Shown here: piece by piece, positions 51,001 to 62,231 of the stretch
Numbering within the stretch: the stretch's first letter is position 1
Layout of the letters: each line of letters starts with the position of its first letter
Origin: Eremomyces bilateralis CBS 781.70
Taxonomy: Eukaryota
Reading direction: 5' to 3' (one strand)
Length of the DNA stretch: 64,000 nt
Assembly: GCA_010015585.1 (NCBI GenBank)
Contig: ML975150.1
Notes under the pieces: model-generated
What the model saw: the letters and a program-made list of their open reading frames with translations, nothing else
The model's database searches: none
What the model was told of the DNA's origin: nothing
Translations under genes and position numbers: made by a program

Positions 51001-52063
51001 GTTCTGGGGACGGTGTAATATATTCAACATGGGGTGGCTCTTCAGGCGGCTCAACCAAGACAGGTGTAGGCTCTGGTGAAAGTGGTTCGGCTGGCTCGAT
51101 TGAATGATGTACCGCAGTCCCGCTCGGTTTAGTTCTCATAGTGCCAGCCGTATGTTTCGTGCCTTGCTGCGCTTGTGCCAGTCTCTGCTGGGGCCTTTTA
51201 TAGACTAGTCGTTCCGATGTCTCTGCTGGGGCGTGTCTAGAAACCATCAACCCCGTAACTGGAGAGCCAGTAGGATCAGGTTTGACGGATGGCGTCTCCC
51301 TAGGCTTCAAGTCGGTGATGACAGGCGCTGTAAACCATCCTCCTTGTCCTGTTCGATACTGTGCGGCGGGAGGACTGCTCGGTGGTGATATTGGCCGAGA
51401 GAAGTTTATCGATCGTTGGCTTCCCTCGCGCTCTAGCTCCGGTACCTGAGATAGGCTCGACACGCGAGGGTGTCGAAAGTTCTGCGCCGTACGACTTCCT
51501 CTATCCATGCTGGAACCACGGCCGCTGGGCCGCGTTGGAGATGATAATACTCGCGTTGGGGATTGCGCACTCGATGCTCGTCGGTGAAGTGTGCCGTCTT
51601 TCTCCACCTGCTTGGGCAACGGAGGAACTGGGGGAGGCGCATCCATATGTACGCTGGGGCTCCGGTTCGGTGACTGGCCCCGGAATGTCCTCTCAGTCAT
51701 CGACCCAGTGCTATTCTGCCTCTGCAGTCCCGCTGAGAACGGTGCCCGTCCGCCGCTCCCACTGCTCCCAGCCGAAGATGTCGAGTCGCGTCGCAGGATT
51801 CGTTTCGTTTGGACACTCGCAACGTCTGTCGGCGGCGTGACGTGGGTTCGAAGCGCAGTTGCGGCGGCGGCGGAAGATAATGATGTGCTTGAGTTCCGGC
51901 TCCTCATGAAAACCTGCGATGCAGCGGTTACTGCATCTGCAGATGGTGGCGCACTCGGAACCTTCAACGGATACGTTAGCTGCCCGTGATCTAGCATTGA
52001 AGTATAATTCACTGGTGGACATACGGAGTGGCTGGAGGCACGTTTTCGGTGGAACAGCGACAT
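48017..52063 (-). CDS. Large Ser/Pro/Arg-rich conserved fungal protein (possibly eisosome Seg1/Msc3-like). In-frame 63-nt intron at 51962-52024.
   Basis: 1350-aa ORF with motifs LSSAAAATALR..VQTKR, KSALKRS, RVSF and PRPALPSFGSIR. The functional label is tentative. Confidence 0.7.
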   Translation of the reverse strand: MSLFHRKRASSHSVCPPVNYTSMLDHGQLTYPLKVPSAPPSADAVTAASQVFMRSRNSSTSLSSAAAATALRTHVTPPTDVASVQTKRILRRDSTSSAGSSGSGGRAPFSAGLQRQNSTGSMTERTFRGQSPNRSPSVHMDAPPPVPPLPKQVEKDGTLHRRASSAQSPTRVLSSPTRPSGRGSSMDRGSRTAQNFRHPRVSSLSQVPELEREGSQRSINFSRPISPPSSPPAAQYRTGQGGWFTAPVITDLKPRETPSVKPDPTGSPVTGLMVSRHAPAETSERLVYKRPQQRLAQAQQGTKHTAGTMRTKPSGTAVHHSIEPAEPLSPEPTPVLVEPPEEPPHVEYITPSPERQSQQQPMKPVELRPQPEEHLPLVAAVNDNLRTKQVSPRTLPPLVVDGSRPRPQPASLDPESAESTSSHSSRAASLSPPRQAHFATNTLTPTRHQPLPRSASPAKSALKRSPSRAVSPEDTMHTATAAPGDSPEAQPDSPRRRKGARVSFDQEAVVFVPDVESERRSSPLASSPIDNDDFDHEFMKPRPALPSFGSIRGRRNRDLESDPAEKVTETVSSSMNNSIGSLDSSNDHAVAGIIARDFASRKQPAVRQESEAPRKAIDPNVPLAPEVTSVEGTGYESDTSTSGSDLDVVTESMKALTLTKGEEQPVVEIVPLPSIPEADSAGQPTTPEPSNAVPIIAISPATPKPEKQAKSKERYFMPGEFPASVSELDLSAKEPSYVRGANTPTRVEPAPPIMDTSSVQDEDSSDDSSIYSDAAEDISDAEGGFASLDAIVINPSVATGRGTLINPEVGPSQTKSSTGPDVPDVRPRPGATDWEAEKAYWSDIVQQQRQERERGIVTSALGDGMMQFQHAQHAPPAAEPDTPLETEIMPRKRKAKNSRPGHQPRAAPTRAIDVDSVEPENVPPMRKSMRPTSATTGMAASKHAPPPGEQRGTFQKRRMSPPKTTAPRPVSAMAATGPAAPLATPPPLIRSNSADSVSSFRRSRPPRSLEGGGGRFMMRRTMRDSGHDRSRATANNHMARIRSLSPPDSDSRKMKSTMRASSDTSSLSKPARSKSLFPGFGKGKKKNKTPAALAAQGAGLRFKSRFADSSDEGDDDRPMRATFTSRIVDSDDEDEVIPPLDLAPVRGIPRRTTEADQESTELEDEESDDDRSTSRPGIPTSDDINAAHGKPATNGANGLEASRHAPAKYQKKKRGFFGLGKKKDESPLSQVQVASADKQPLTPVKSALKQPPKNTDDEPTPLSPTSRSPKLHKRPKQPRVPSDSWPLPTPKRSEAAEERPNTSDGTPQGASVTFADDETGSHASEPVTGRTGKKKKFTMLRKAFGLRD

Positions 52064-52639
52064 CTTCACGATGGTTTGCGATCGTCAACCTCTTGGTTTC
52101 AGCTGGAGATAGGAACCAAAGATGGAGTTGCAAGTCGCGCAACGACTATGGGCCGGCTGATGTCATCGTCGACGAACGAATGAAGGGAATCAATCAATCA
52201 ATGGATTGGAAATGAATGGCAGCGCACACGCGTATACAAGAAATGGATTAAAAGGTAATATGGTGAAGCCGAGCGAACGAGGAACAGAAGAGGCAAAAGG
52301 GTTGCCATAATAGAGGCGAGAGAGATTGAGGATATCAATGGCTTTGTCAATGTGAGAGAAGTTGGTGATCGCCATTTCGATGGATCCCAGCAAATCTCCA
52401 CCAAGAATTCCTTCATGACTCGAATCATACAGAACAACCATTGATACTTTGGCCCCCATAAGATTGACTTCGAGCATCCTATTTTCTCTCTCTATATACT
52501 GTAGGTACTTATTCAGTATCAAAAAGTCGAGATTCACGCAATATTTGGACTTGGGCGACATCCCGTCATCTCCGAAGGCACATTCGGTCATGGTGTGGCT
52601 TCAATAATGAGTTCGATGAGACTGCTGCTTCGCATCCCC

Positions 52640-54800
52640 CCATACCTATCATGACCTACTGTACCGATATACATCTCCAGTTCTCCACGTGTTTCGTTGA
52701 TCGTTCATCTATGGTTAGAGTTTCACATTTTCTTAATCGGGATAGTGCAAGACTTCCAGGTCCAAATCCATATCGATGTCGGAATGCATACTGCATATGA
52801 TGTCGGCCTCGAGGAGTCGTGCTATCCAGTCACAATGACCCGGAACCTCTCGGCTCCAACGGTCAAGCCGCGCAACATTCAGCTGTTCTTCTGGAAGGCT
52901 GTGAGAAGGCTCTGCAATTGGCTTCGGTCACATGCAAGACCTTCGGGTCCGTTCGGTTGAGGCGATACCTCTTCGAACATAATCCTGCGATGATGAACGC
53001 GACTGGTCCTCTTGGATCTTGCATGCCGGGGATGGACCCGAACCTAGAACGGACTGGTAGGTTCTTCAGACAATATGGTCTTGTCCATCCCACGGAAGTG
53101 GTTGTGGGTATCGTGTTTCCTAGTTCTCCAAGTCTGATGTCGTTTTCGTCCTTTCATGTCTGGTTTGGGTGTGTTATTGAGAAGACGGAAGTGTGACTCG
53201 CCTGTGACTGGAAACCAAGTCCTGATCCGAGAAAGCAACTGCGGTAGCATATCGATCAACTGGGGCGCTGATATCCATCCGAGCAGACCATGAAAGACAT
53301 TCGCAGTGTAATGTCCCTCGCCGCCACGAGATTGACGGAAGCTGCGCTTGCATATCCGGCAGACTGCTATGCCAAAGACACGTCGACGACTCCTTCGCCT
53401 TGTCAGACGTTCGTACAGCAGCGGATCGACTCTCGAATCAATCGGGCACCAACCTGCCCTTTTCATGAGGCAACGTGTGAAGGGGAAGCCATCGACCTGG
53501 ACTCGGGTTTCATTGATTCAAGCACCCATATTGGCATAAACTATCCCAGCTCGCAACGTATCAAACCGAAAAAGGTGACTACAAGTTCGGTGATGTCTGT
53601 TGACCAGCAGCTAGACCTGGTGAGAGCCATATAGGCTGCTTCCTCCCAGCTGAACGCTTCTCTGACAACTCTGTAGGTACTTCGGCGCATTCGCAGGACC
53701 CCTAGGGATGGTGAATTTCCTTAAACCAGAGTCGGAATCTGAACTGTCTGATGCAGCTACGACATTTGTCTTATCGAACCTAGCGATCTATACGGAAAAG
53801 GTTACAGGTTCGTGATACTGGGCTTCTTCCATGGTCGATATCCGCGGACTCTATATCCGCACTCCAAACACGAATGGCTGGTACTCCGACCGCATCATGT
53901 CTGTTCTCGGATGCACGGGGCGATGCCAATTTTGCCACGGCGCAAAGTGCACTCCCTTGTCTGGATTCTTCACCTTCGATCCCCAGAACAGCACCGGACT
54001 TGGACTCGATATTTCCCAGCAGGCAGTGTACTAACGCGTATGGCAAGCTGCATTGACGTGCAAGATCGTGACCCATCCTCCTTGCAGACGAAATGCTCCT
54101 TGCGCAACAATTCGTCCGAGACCCAGGCCGCCTCGTCTCCTCTCCCGTATGCCCCGACCAGTGGCAGCAAGAGATGGAAAACCTGCATAACCTGGCCTAG
54201 CCATTCTACAGTGCGAAGTTGTGGAATACGCCGCGTCGTCGCACATCACCGTCCGCCCAGGTAAGAGGGTGCTCGAATTCCTCCGGAAACCGAAAACGGA
54301 AAAGATGAGACGGCTGTGTCGCCAAATCAAGGGGCGCAGCGCCGTGCACACGAACTTCAGCATGCTTGGACTCCTCACTATTGTCATTACCGGTACCGTC
54401 ATCATCCTGCTGCACATGTTCATCGAAGACGCTGTGTTTTGGGTGCGGAGCCGGTCGGCTCTAGGGTATAAACTCCGTCACAAAGAGCGGGAATGGAACG
54501 ATGGTTTCGTGTTGTAATTGCAACGCGCTGCCATAGATAGAGTAATTCATAATGATTGGGAAGGCTTGGACGGGCAGGCTTCTGTTACCAAGACGTTTGG
54601 TATATCGTTTTCGAGCCTGCCCGAGTCGCCGGTGGGTGGGCATACCGGGCCGTATCATCTGGTACGACAAGATGGGCGGAAAGGTAAATAGGTGAGGGTT
54701 GAGCTGACTGAGTTCGAAAGGAGTCGGGGGCATTTGTAGCAGCCGAGTCGGGAGGCAGTGACGGGGGGGGACGCATGGCTGACGGTCTTTTATGAAAAAT
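52640..54800 (+). pseudogene. Decayed gene of a large fungal TM/Cys-containing protein family
   Basis: Fragments in different frames, separated by stops: AYPADCY..CQTFV..CPF..C..AIDLDSGFIDSSTHIGIN; DQWQQEMENLHN; LCRQIK..HTNFSMLGL+TM. Confidence 0.6.
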
Positions 54801-55031
54801 ATGTTTTTTTTCATTACGTCTGTCAATTCGCGAGCATGCTCATCATTGTCTTAGAGCGAGTGTGTTTCCCATCTAATCCTTTCACCGTTCCGAAACGCCG
54901 TATCGCCGAGTCCGTTGCATTTTCGCCAATCATTACTCCCGCAGAGAAATCCGCAGATACCATCCTGCGTCCGAGATCTCTAGGCAAATTTCATTGAGTT
55001 TTTCATGGCAGCTACATCAAGTCAGTCGGGT

Positions 55032-55247
55032 TCATCGTACCAGCATGCAGAACATACATCTCATGAGTTCTCGCTGCTGCTCCTCCTTGGATGGCTTGTT
55101 TGGTTCCTTCGTGGCCTCCTTCTTGTATAGGGGGAGGAGGGTGTCTTTGCTTGTGGTTGAGCTGGCGGAGGACACCACCGATTTGCTGTCGAAGGACTTG
55201 CTGTCGAAGGACTGGGTGTTGTTGGAGGTGTATGTGTTGGAAGACAT
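55032..55247 (-). CDS. Small Ser/Lys-rich hypothetical protein; the 3' end may be spliced
   Basis: CACCATG start, TATA near 55400, C-rich codon usage and an internal SFDSK duplication. A GTATGT donor-like site lies near 55057. Confidence 0.45.
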   Translation of the reverse strand: MSSNTYTSNNTQSFDSKSFDSKSVVSSASSTTSKDTLLPLYKKEATKEPNKPSKEEQQRELMRCMFCMLVR

Positions 55248-56753
55248 GGTGAAAAGGGCCTCTTTGTGTGGGACACTGGTTGGTTTTATGGAATATAACT
55301 TGGACTTGTTGTTAAGGATGCGAAGTGGGTTGGTATAATGTTCTTGCGGTTGCTTGCTGGAGGACCTTGAATCCATTGAAAGGGAGATTTCACTGGTCTT
55401 ATATACTTCACTCTCCCTTTGCAAGACTTCAACTAGGCCACCTAATTGTCCTCCGAACGATAGCTCCGGAATGTGTAAGCATGTGCTTTTCTGCTAACTC
55501 CTATCCTACTAGAACGTATGTCAATTGGCGCATTACGACGTTTCCAACTCCGTATTTGTCAAATAGCAACGCCATCGCTTGCATCAGCATGAAGCCTTGT
55601 CAATTCGACGCCCTAGGGCGTCGCCCTACCACCCCTGTATGATAACTGACCACTAGGGAAATTCAGTGGAAAGACTATGCCTAATCAGTTCGACGTTGGA
55701 TATTCTAGCCAGGTACGCGTAATACTGCGGCCTCAAGATACTAGTTATCACCACTCGATTTTTGAGATAAAAAATTGCTGATCGGATTCAGGGAGAGTAG
55801 AATTCCCAATTGGTGAGTCACCGATATCCGGCCGTCGTCAATTTCTTGCTGGAGGTGGCCGACTTGGGACATCGCAAATGGTACGGTATTCCACTCCGAG
55901 TATACCGTTCCCGTATATTTCATTCCTTACCGAGTCCGAAGTTTGATTTATCAGCGCTTCCAAGGCGCCACATCGTCATTGGGATGGAAAAGTTACCGGC
56001 TTGCATATTTCCCAAACTTTGGTGTATCGAGTCGCTATTATTTTAATCATCCGCACTGTCATTGAGATATATCGGATCTTAATGTGCTGCTGCGATGGAG
56101 GGAACGCTACCCAATTAGCTCACGGGCAGATTCGGAGCTCGGCTTCGGAGCTCATTTCGGACGATATCCGATCGTACATGAGAGTTACATCTCATCTCGC
56201 TTGGTCGAGAATGATATTGGCGTCCTTCAAGAAACTCGCTCGAAAGTCTATCGCCTTATTGTCATCGTCATCGTCTTGCGACGTTAGCCCAATCACTGAT
56301 GCGGCGCGGATAGTGATGTTTTGCTAATTGTTGCTAAACTCTGTTAACAACCTCAGGTGCTGACGCAAAATCCAAGATTTCGAGGCACCAATGTACCAAG
56401 TTTTTGATTTGTCACCTTCTTCTTTCGTCGCCTCCCGTCCTTGTCAAATGAAGGAAAGAATACAGCTGTCTAAGTTCATTTTTGCGGCCCGTGGGTGTGT
56501 CCCATCTCATTACTGAACTCCGAGGATTGCTGGTCGCGTACGGTGACCAAGTGTCGCTTCCGGCATCGGGATTTGACGACACCTGCCACGCGTGCCTTAG
56601 GCGTCATCTCCATCGCAGCTTAGGCAGCGAAAGAGCCTCATCACCCTTGGATTAATACCTCCTATCGAGTATCAACCCGATCTGGGATCAAGCATCGTCA
56701 GCCTTGCCGCACTAAACGCTGCATCATCAATAGACGTATCACCTGCCTCCGAC

Positions 56754-59356
56754 ATGTCGCGCCTATCCTTCCTCCAGAAGCGCAAGGCGCCCCCAACTGA
56801 CGGGCCGCGTGTGAACACCAAGAAGCGCCGCAATGGACAGCTCCAGTCTTGCGAACCATGCCGCAAATCCAAGCTGCGATGCGACCATATGATGCCCGTC
56901 TGCACCCGTTGCGAACGACGCAATCGGTCTACGTTGTGCGTGTACGCAGCGGCTCCGATGACACGCACTACGCGTCAGAACAGCTCATCATCGGTCGCTA
57001 CGGCTTCAGTGACGGGCTCGTCGGTTGTGCTGGTAGATCAAGTCCTAACGCCCCGGGATACTCCCGCTGCTGGAAGCAGTCAAAGAGATACGGATAGACA
57101 GGAGACGCCTGTGAATGCCACTAGACCTACCGGGGATCTTCCACCGTCCGCGTCCATGGCGTTTGAAGGCGTTTCAGCCCCACGGAATATCTTAGGATAT
57201 ATGGGCTCGACATCCTACTCGTCTGTGTTTGAGGAGAATCAGGGGACGCTCGGTATCGAGCGAGATCCGGAAGGCGAAGACCTGAGGCATGAACGGCGAT
57301 CGAGTCCTGCGCCCGTCTTGGACTACCAGATCCAACAGGGAGTCGACGTGCTCAAGCTATTCAAAGACCGAGCATTATTTGACAGATTCAGCAAGAGATG
57401 GTTCGCGATTTGTCAAGGCATCGTTGTTATCGAGCCGGTGATTAAACAATTGGCGGAAGGCTTATGGGCGACATACGGGATGGATTTACGGGATCAAGAC
57501 CCGGCGAAGCTACAAGCCCTTTCCCAGAAGATCTGGAACAATACCCAGCAACCGCTGAAGTTTGACGGCTCATTCTCTGCACGGCAATGGATTGGATTGT
57601 CAACGGGAGAGGGACTGCGATGGGAATCGGTCGCACTGCTACTCACCACCGTCGGGTTGCTTTCGTCGATGCTTACGGAATGGGATCCGATCTTCACGAA
57701 CGAAGACGGATCGCAAATCAGTAAAGTGAAGCTGACTCGTAAGATGAGCGCGAATTCGGACGCTTGCTTGATGTTTTGCAGGACAGCCGACAGTTTGAAT
57801 GATCTTTATCTGTGGCTTTTGTACGAGAGCTGCATACTCCAGACTATGGTGACTGGTAACGCTTGTAAGTGGGTTTTCAATCGATGGACAATGGCCTCGG
57901 AGTTCGGGATCATGTACTGTGCGGCTTAAGTATGCATGTGTTCCCGCTCGTAAAACAAGGAACGGCGTTCGTCTAGGACGATTCATTCGCGCTAAATTCG
58001 CTACCGAGCTCGTTTACGAGGACATTATTCTGGCGTTCGGAATAGAGGGTTGGACACAGCCTTCATCACGCTCCAGTCTTTCATACACCTTGACGAAAGC
58101 TTCTGTACATCTTCGATACAGACATCTGGACTCCGCTGACAATATCTACAGCAAATTCCGTATGGAACAGGTCCGGCGAAACCTTCAACACGGCTATAGC
58201 CTTGGGTTTGCACCAAAAGTTAGAGCCGGATAAAGATATTCCTTTTTTCCTTGTAGAGCTACGAAAGCGCACTTTTGTCGCCTCATATTCTTCCGACAAG
58301 GCACTCTCTACCTTCTTCGGCCGTCCCCCGCGGCTTATCAAACGGTACTGCATGCTTCAGGTGCCTCTCGATTTAAGTGACCACGACCTGGTCTCCGAAG
58401 GCGAAGAGCTTCGTCAGGCGCTGGCATCCTTGGATTCCGAGGGGTGGAATACGTCGGGGATAATTAATAGAGGCACATGGGCTCGGACATACCTCTACGT
58501 GTCCATGATCAGAGAAGATATCTTGGAGCTCGCGCTAGGTGTCGACTCTGGTGACCTCGAAAAACGCGCGGGAGAGATTTCGAGGCTCATCGGTGAGAAA
58601 TATCTAAAGCTACCGAAGCATCTTCGAGTCGATTTCGATACCGCGTTTGGCCAGCGATTGCCGCCATTAGACTCGCTCCGGTTGGCGAGCACGCGGCTGA
58701 ACTACATGTCCACTGAACTGATCCTGGAGCGCGTCTTGATCAAACGCGCCGGCGCTGGGACGGAGAAACTCGTGCAAATCGCGAAACGGGCGTTGAGCGA
58801 TACATTGACCATCGTAATGCGGCGGGATCTCATGCGGGACCTGCAGGCCGAAATCTCCTATTTTGTAAGTCCCTCTCTCACCGTTTTCGCCAACGACAGG
58901 CCTTTCGTCCTAATAGTCTTGAAGATGGCCGCCCATGGCCTCCATAGCGCCGCAATCCTCGCCGTCGAGCTGCTTAAGCAAGAGCAATCCCCACCCGACC
59001 GCGTTCGCGTGCTCTCCCGCTCCGAAACGGTCCAAGGCCTCAGCGTCTTCGTCTCATGCCTGGGCTCAATTGACCAGAGTGACGGGCACTACGAGATTCT
59101 CCAGCAAGGGCGGCGATTCTTGAAGCGCGTTCTGGACACCGTCTTGACGCCGCCAGCGCGAGAAGCAACGTCGTCGAATACCGCCACCTCGCAGACGACG
59201 TTGGATGCGCCGGAGATTCTGGCAGCGCCCACGTTTGAGCGAATGGACTGGAACGTCCCGATTGGGTTCGATGCGGATGTGGATTTTCTAGAGTGGTTGG
59301 ACAATGTGGATTTGGGACAGGGGCAGTTTGGGGAGGAGGCGGCCAGGATGTTTTGA
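56754..59356 (+). CDS. Zn(II)2Cys6 transcription factor with fungal middle homology region. Introns 57865-58151 and 58865-58924.
   Basis: SCEPCRKSKLRCDHMMPVCTRCERRNRSTLCVY. The spliced product continues ..ALGLHQ..ELRKRTF..DKALSTFFGRPP. Confidence 0.92.
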
Positions 59357-60556
59357 TCACTGCAGATGGTTGCAATACGGTTCTAAGTCACATAACTCAC
59401 GACAGCTTCGTGGAAGAATCTTGATTGGGATATTATTCCGATGCAGCTCACCAACCACCCGAATTCATGCTAGTTCCATGTTACTCCTGTTCGGTCTCGC
59501 GCTGTCCAACAGTCTGGTTGCTTCGGTGTTTTGTCTGAAACACATGTACGAGCGAAGGCGACTGCGGAGAAACCGTAAACAACCGTAATGAAACAATGCA
59601 TGACAATAATAATACCTCCCGTCGTCTATGATCATTAATACCATTAATACACGTACCAGTACTCTGTGAATATTGAATAGACAGTCGGAGAGGTGGATGA
59701 AACATCGAAGCAGAGAAAACTCTTTCCAATACAAGATTGAAGTGTTCCCGGTGCCAAGCGCCAACTCACCCATCAGCCGATCTTCGTCCCGCCATTTATG
59801 TCTGACTTCGGGCTGTGTGAGATGTGAAATATCTCCTATGGCTCAATAATCCCAGTGCTCTCCCTTAACTTACCTGTTACCACTTAACAGTACGTCGTTC
59901 AATTTATGGTTGATCTTTCCCCCAACCACAGATCATCATTCATCCCAGAAAATATCACTCCGCATCGGCAAATCGAGCCCGACCACTCTCAGGCTAGCAG
60001 CCCCTTAATCGGAACTAACAAGAAGGCCGGGTGGCGCATCCCGCTCTCCACCGTCACGTTTCGCTACATGCATTGCTGTCTCATTGACGGACGTGCCCCT
60101 ATGGAACAAGATTATTTTTGGAGGGTTCAGGTAGAACTATGGGGACTAGAATGCACGCCGTGGTGTCATTGGAGAGACGTAATGCCTTTGTCAGCCTTGA
60201 TCAGGTTTTATTCCTTGATATCCGTACTAGAAGAGTGCGATCTTCGATGATCGACGTTTGGCTCGGGTTTGTCGGAGTCTGGTATGAATTAGCTTTTCAA
60301 CAACTTGTGGGGTATCCGTACCGTACCACAGTGCAGGATGTCACATATCCTTTTTGGAACTCTTCCAGGTCTGCACCGTTCTCTTTAATATGGATTCGAG
60401 TCCTGCAATCCTTTCCTCTCTCGGGCAGTAGTTATTCGTTTTCTATATTGCGACTGCGCATTTTCGTCAGCAATTGCCCATATTTTGGTTGCTGAGTCTA
60501 TCGTTATATACTACAGTATCATTTCTATCTAATATTCCAACAAATACAGTCCAATC

Positions 60557-61834
60557 ATGTTCTCCGGTATGAAAGGTTCTGTATTTATTGCGTCCCTGGC
60601 GGCGCTGCCAGCCTTCGTTTCTGCGCACCCAAATCCAGTCCCAGGAGTGCCGACACTCTGGGGTCGGAGGGCAGTGAAGAATGTCGATTCTCGAGAAGGA
60701 TTCAAACTTCATCCGCAGAGCTCGGAAAAGAATGCTATCGACAAACGTGCGGCCAATACATACGCCGGGTCTGCACAGAGCGAGAAGCGTCAATCTGGAA
60801 ACACCGACGGCCAATGCGGTGGGGAATTCGGCGCGTGTGCAGATGGGTACTGTTGCTCTGGAGCTGTGAGTAGAACGATATAGGAGGAACTTGTTGTTTC
60901 TTACTGACCGTGAATAGGGATGGTGCGGAAACACTGAAGAGTACTGCGCCGCTCCTGGCTGCCAATTCAATTGGGGCTCTGGCTGCGATACTCTTGTTGT
61001 TCCTGGTGGACCTAAGACGTCCGATGTTGAACGTACCCACGTCGGTTCTATCCCATACGGCGGTGAAGGCATTTACGCATGCACGGTCCCGGGAACCTTT
61101 GCGCTCACCTTCGACGACGGGCCATATCACTTTACCGGGGATGTCCTCGATATCCTTGATCGGTACAACGTGAAGGCTACTGTGAGTATTTCGGCTGCAG
61201 AAGGGGCCCGAAACTAGGCTGACACATTTTTTAGTTCTTCATGACCGGCAACAGCATCTCGAAAGGCCCGATCGATCAAGCAGGCCTCCCATGGGCTTCG
61301 ATAATCCAGCGCATGCATAGTTCTGGCCACCAAATCGCTTCTCACACCTGGGGCCATCAAGCTCTCGGATCTGGCGCCGCCGCTCAAGGCCAGGACCCGC
61401 TCACCACCGAGCAGCGGCTGGCTCAGATGTACAACAATGAAATCGCCTTCAACAACATCCTCGGCTTCTTCCCCACCTACATGCGACCTCCCTACTCCGA
61501 CTGCGACGACGCCTCCGGCTGCGCCGCCACCATGAGTGATCTCGGTTACCACGTTATCTACTTCGATTTCGACACCGAGGGCTATCTCCACACCACTCCG
61601 GAGACCATCGGAGAATCCAAGGCGATCTTCGACCAGCAACTGCCGCAGAGGAGCCCGGCGGATGGAGCCTGGTTGAACATCGAACACGATATCCACGAGC
61701 AGGTCGCGCATACCCTCACCGAGCACATCATCAAGGGGGCGGTGGAGGCTGGCTGGAAACTTGTGACCGTTGGAGAATGTCTTGGTGACCCTCAGGAGAA
61801 CTGGTACCGGACGCTCGGTGCTGGCAGCACCTAA
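60557..61834 (+). CDS. Secreted CBM18 (hevein) + CE4 polysaccharide/chitin deacetylase; two introns
   Basis: Signal peptide, Kex2 KR sites, QCGGEFGACADGYCCS..GWCG....YC, TFDDGP, HTWGH, MRPPY and HDIH. Confidence 0.92.
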
Positions 61835-62126
61835 TTCATGCCAGTCGTCTCACCCACCGCCGTCAATATTGACGAAACATGCGGTGGCTCATTGACCCAG
61901 ACTTGCCAGGCCCCCAAGTTTGGAAATGACTCCCCTCGGAATAGTTAATGCAATCAATGAAGGATTAATATAGGATTGGATTTAAATTGGGGTTGGGGAG
62001 CTGGCAGAGTCCAATTGTTAATATAGGAGTGATCCGTCATATTTCTAATAAGTGCAAGATATGTATGACGTGGATGAAATCAAAACATTGGAATCAAAGA
62101 AATGAGAACTAAAAAGACAAAAATAG

Positions 62127-62231
62127 TGACCCCCATCAGGGATTGAACCTGGGCCACCGCAGGTCCGTCAGTCATAGGGAGGAGCACTCACTCCTTCAAC
62201 CGCGGTCTGATGGTGACTTTATCATCGGATC
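62127..62231 (-). pseudogene. Degenerate tRNA-like sequence (possible GAA anticodon plus intron) or tRNA-derived SINE relic
   Basis: On the minus strand: B-box/T-arm CCAGGTTCAATCCCTG, anticodon-like stem CGCGG..CTGCG and T-runs immediately downstream. The D-arm and acceptor stem are imperfect. Confidence 0.4.
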
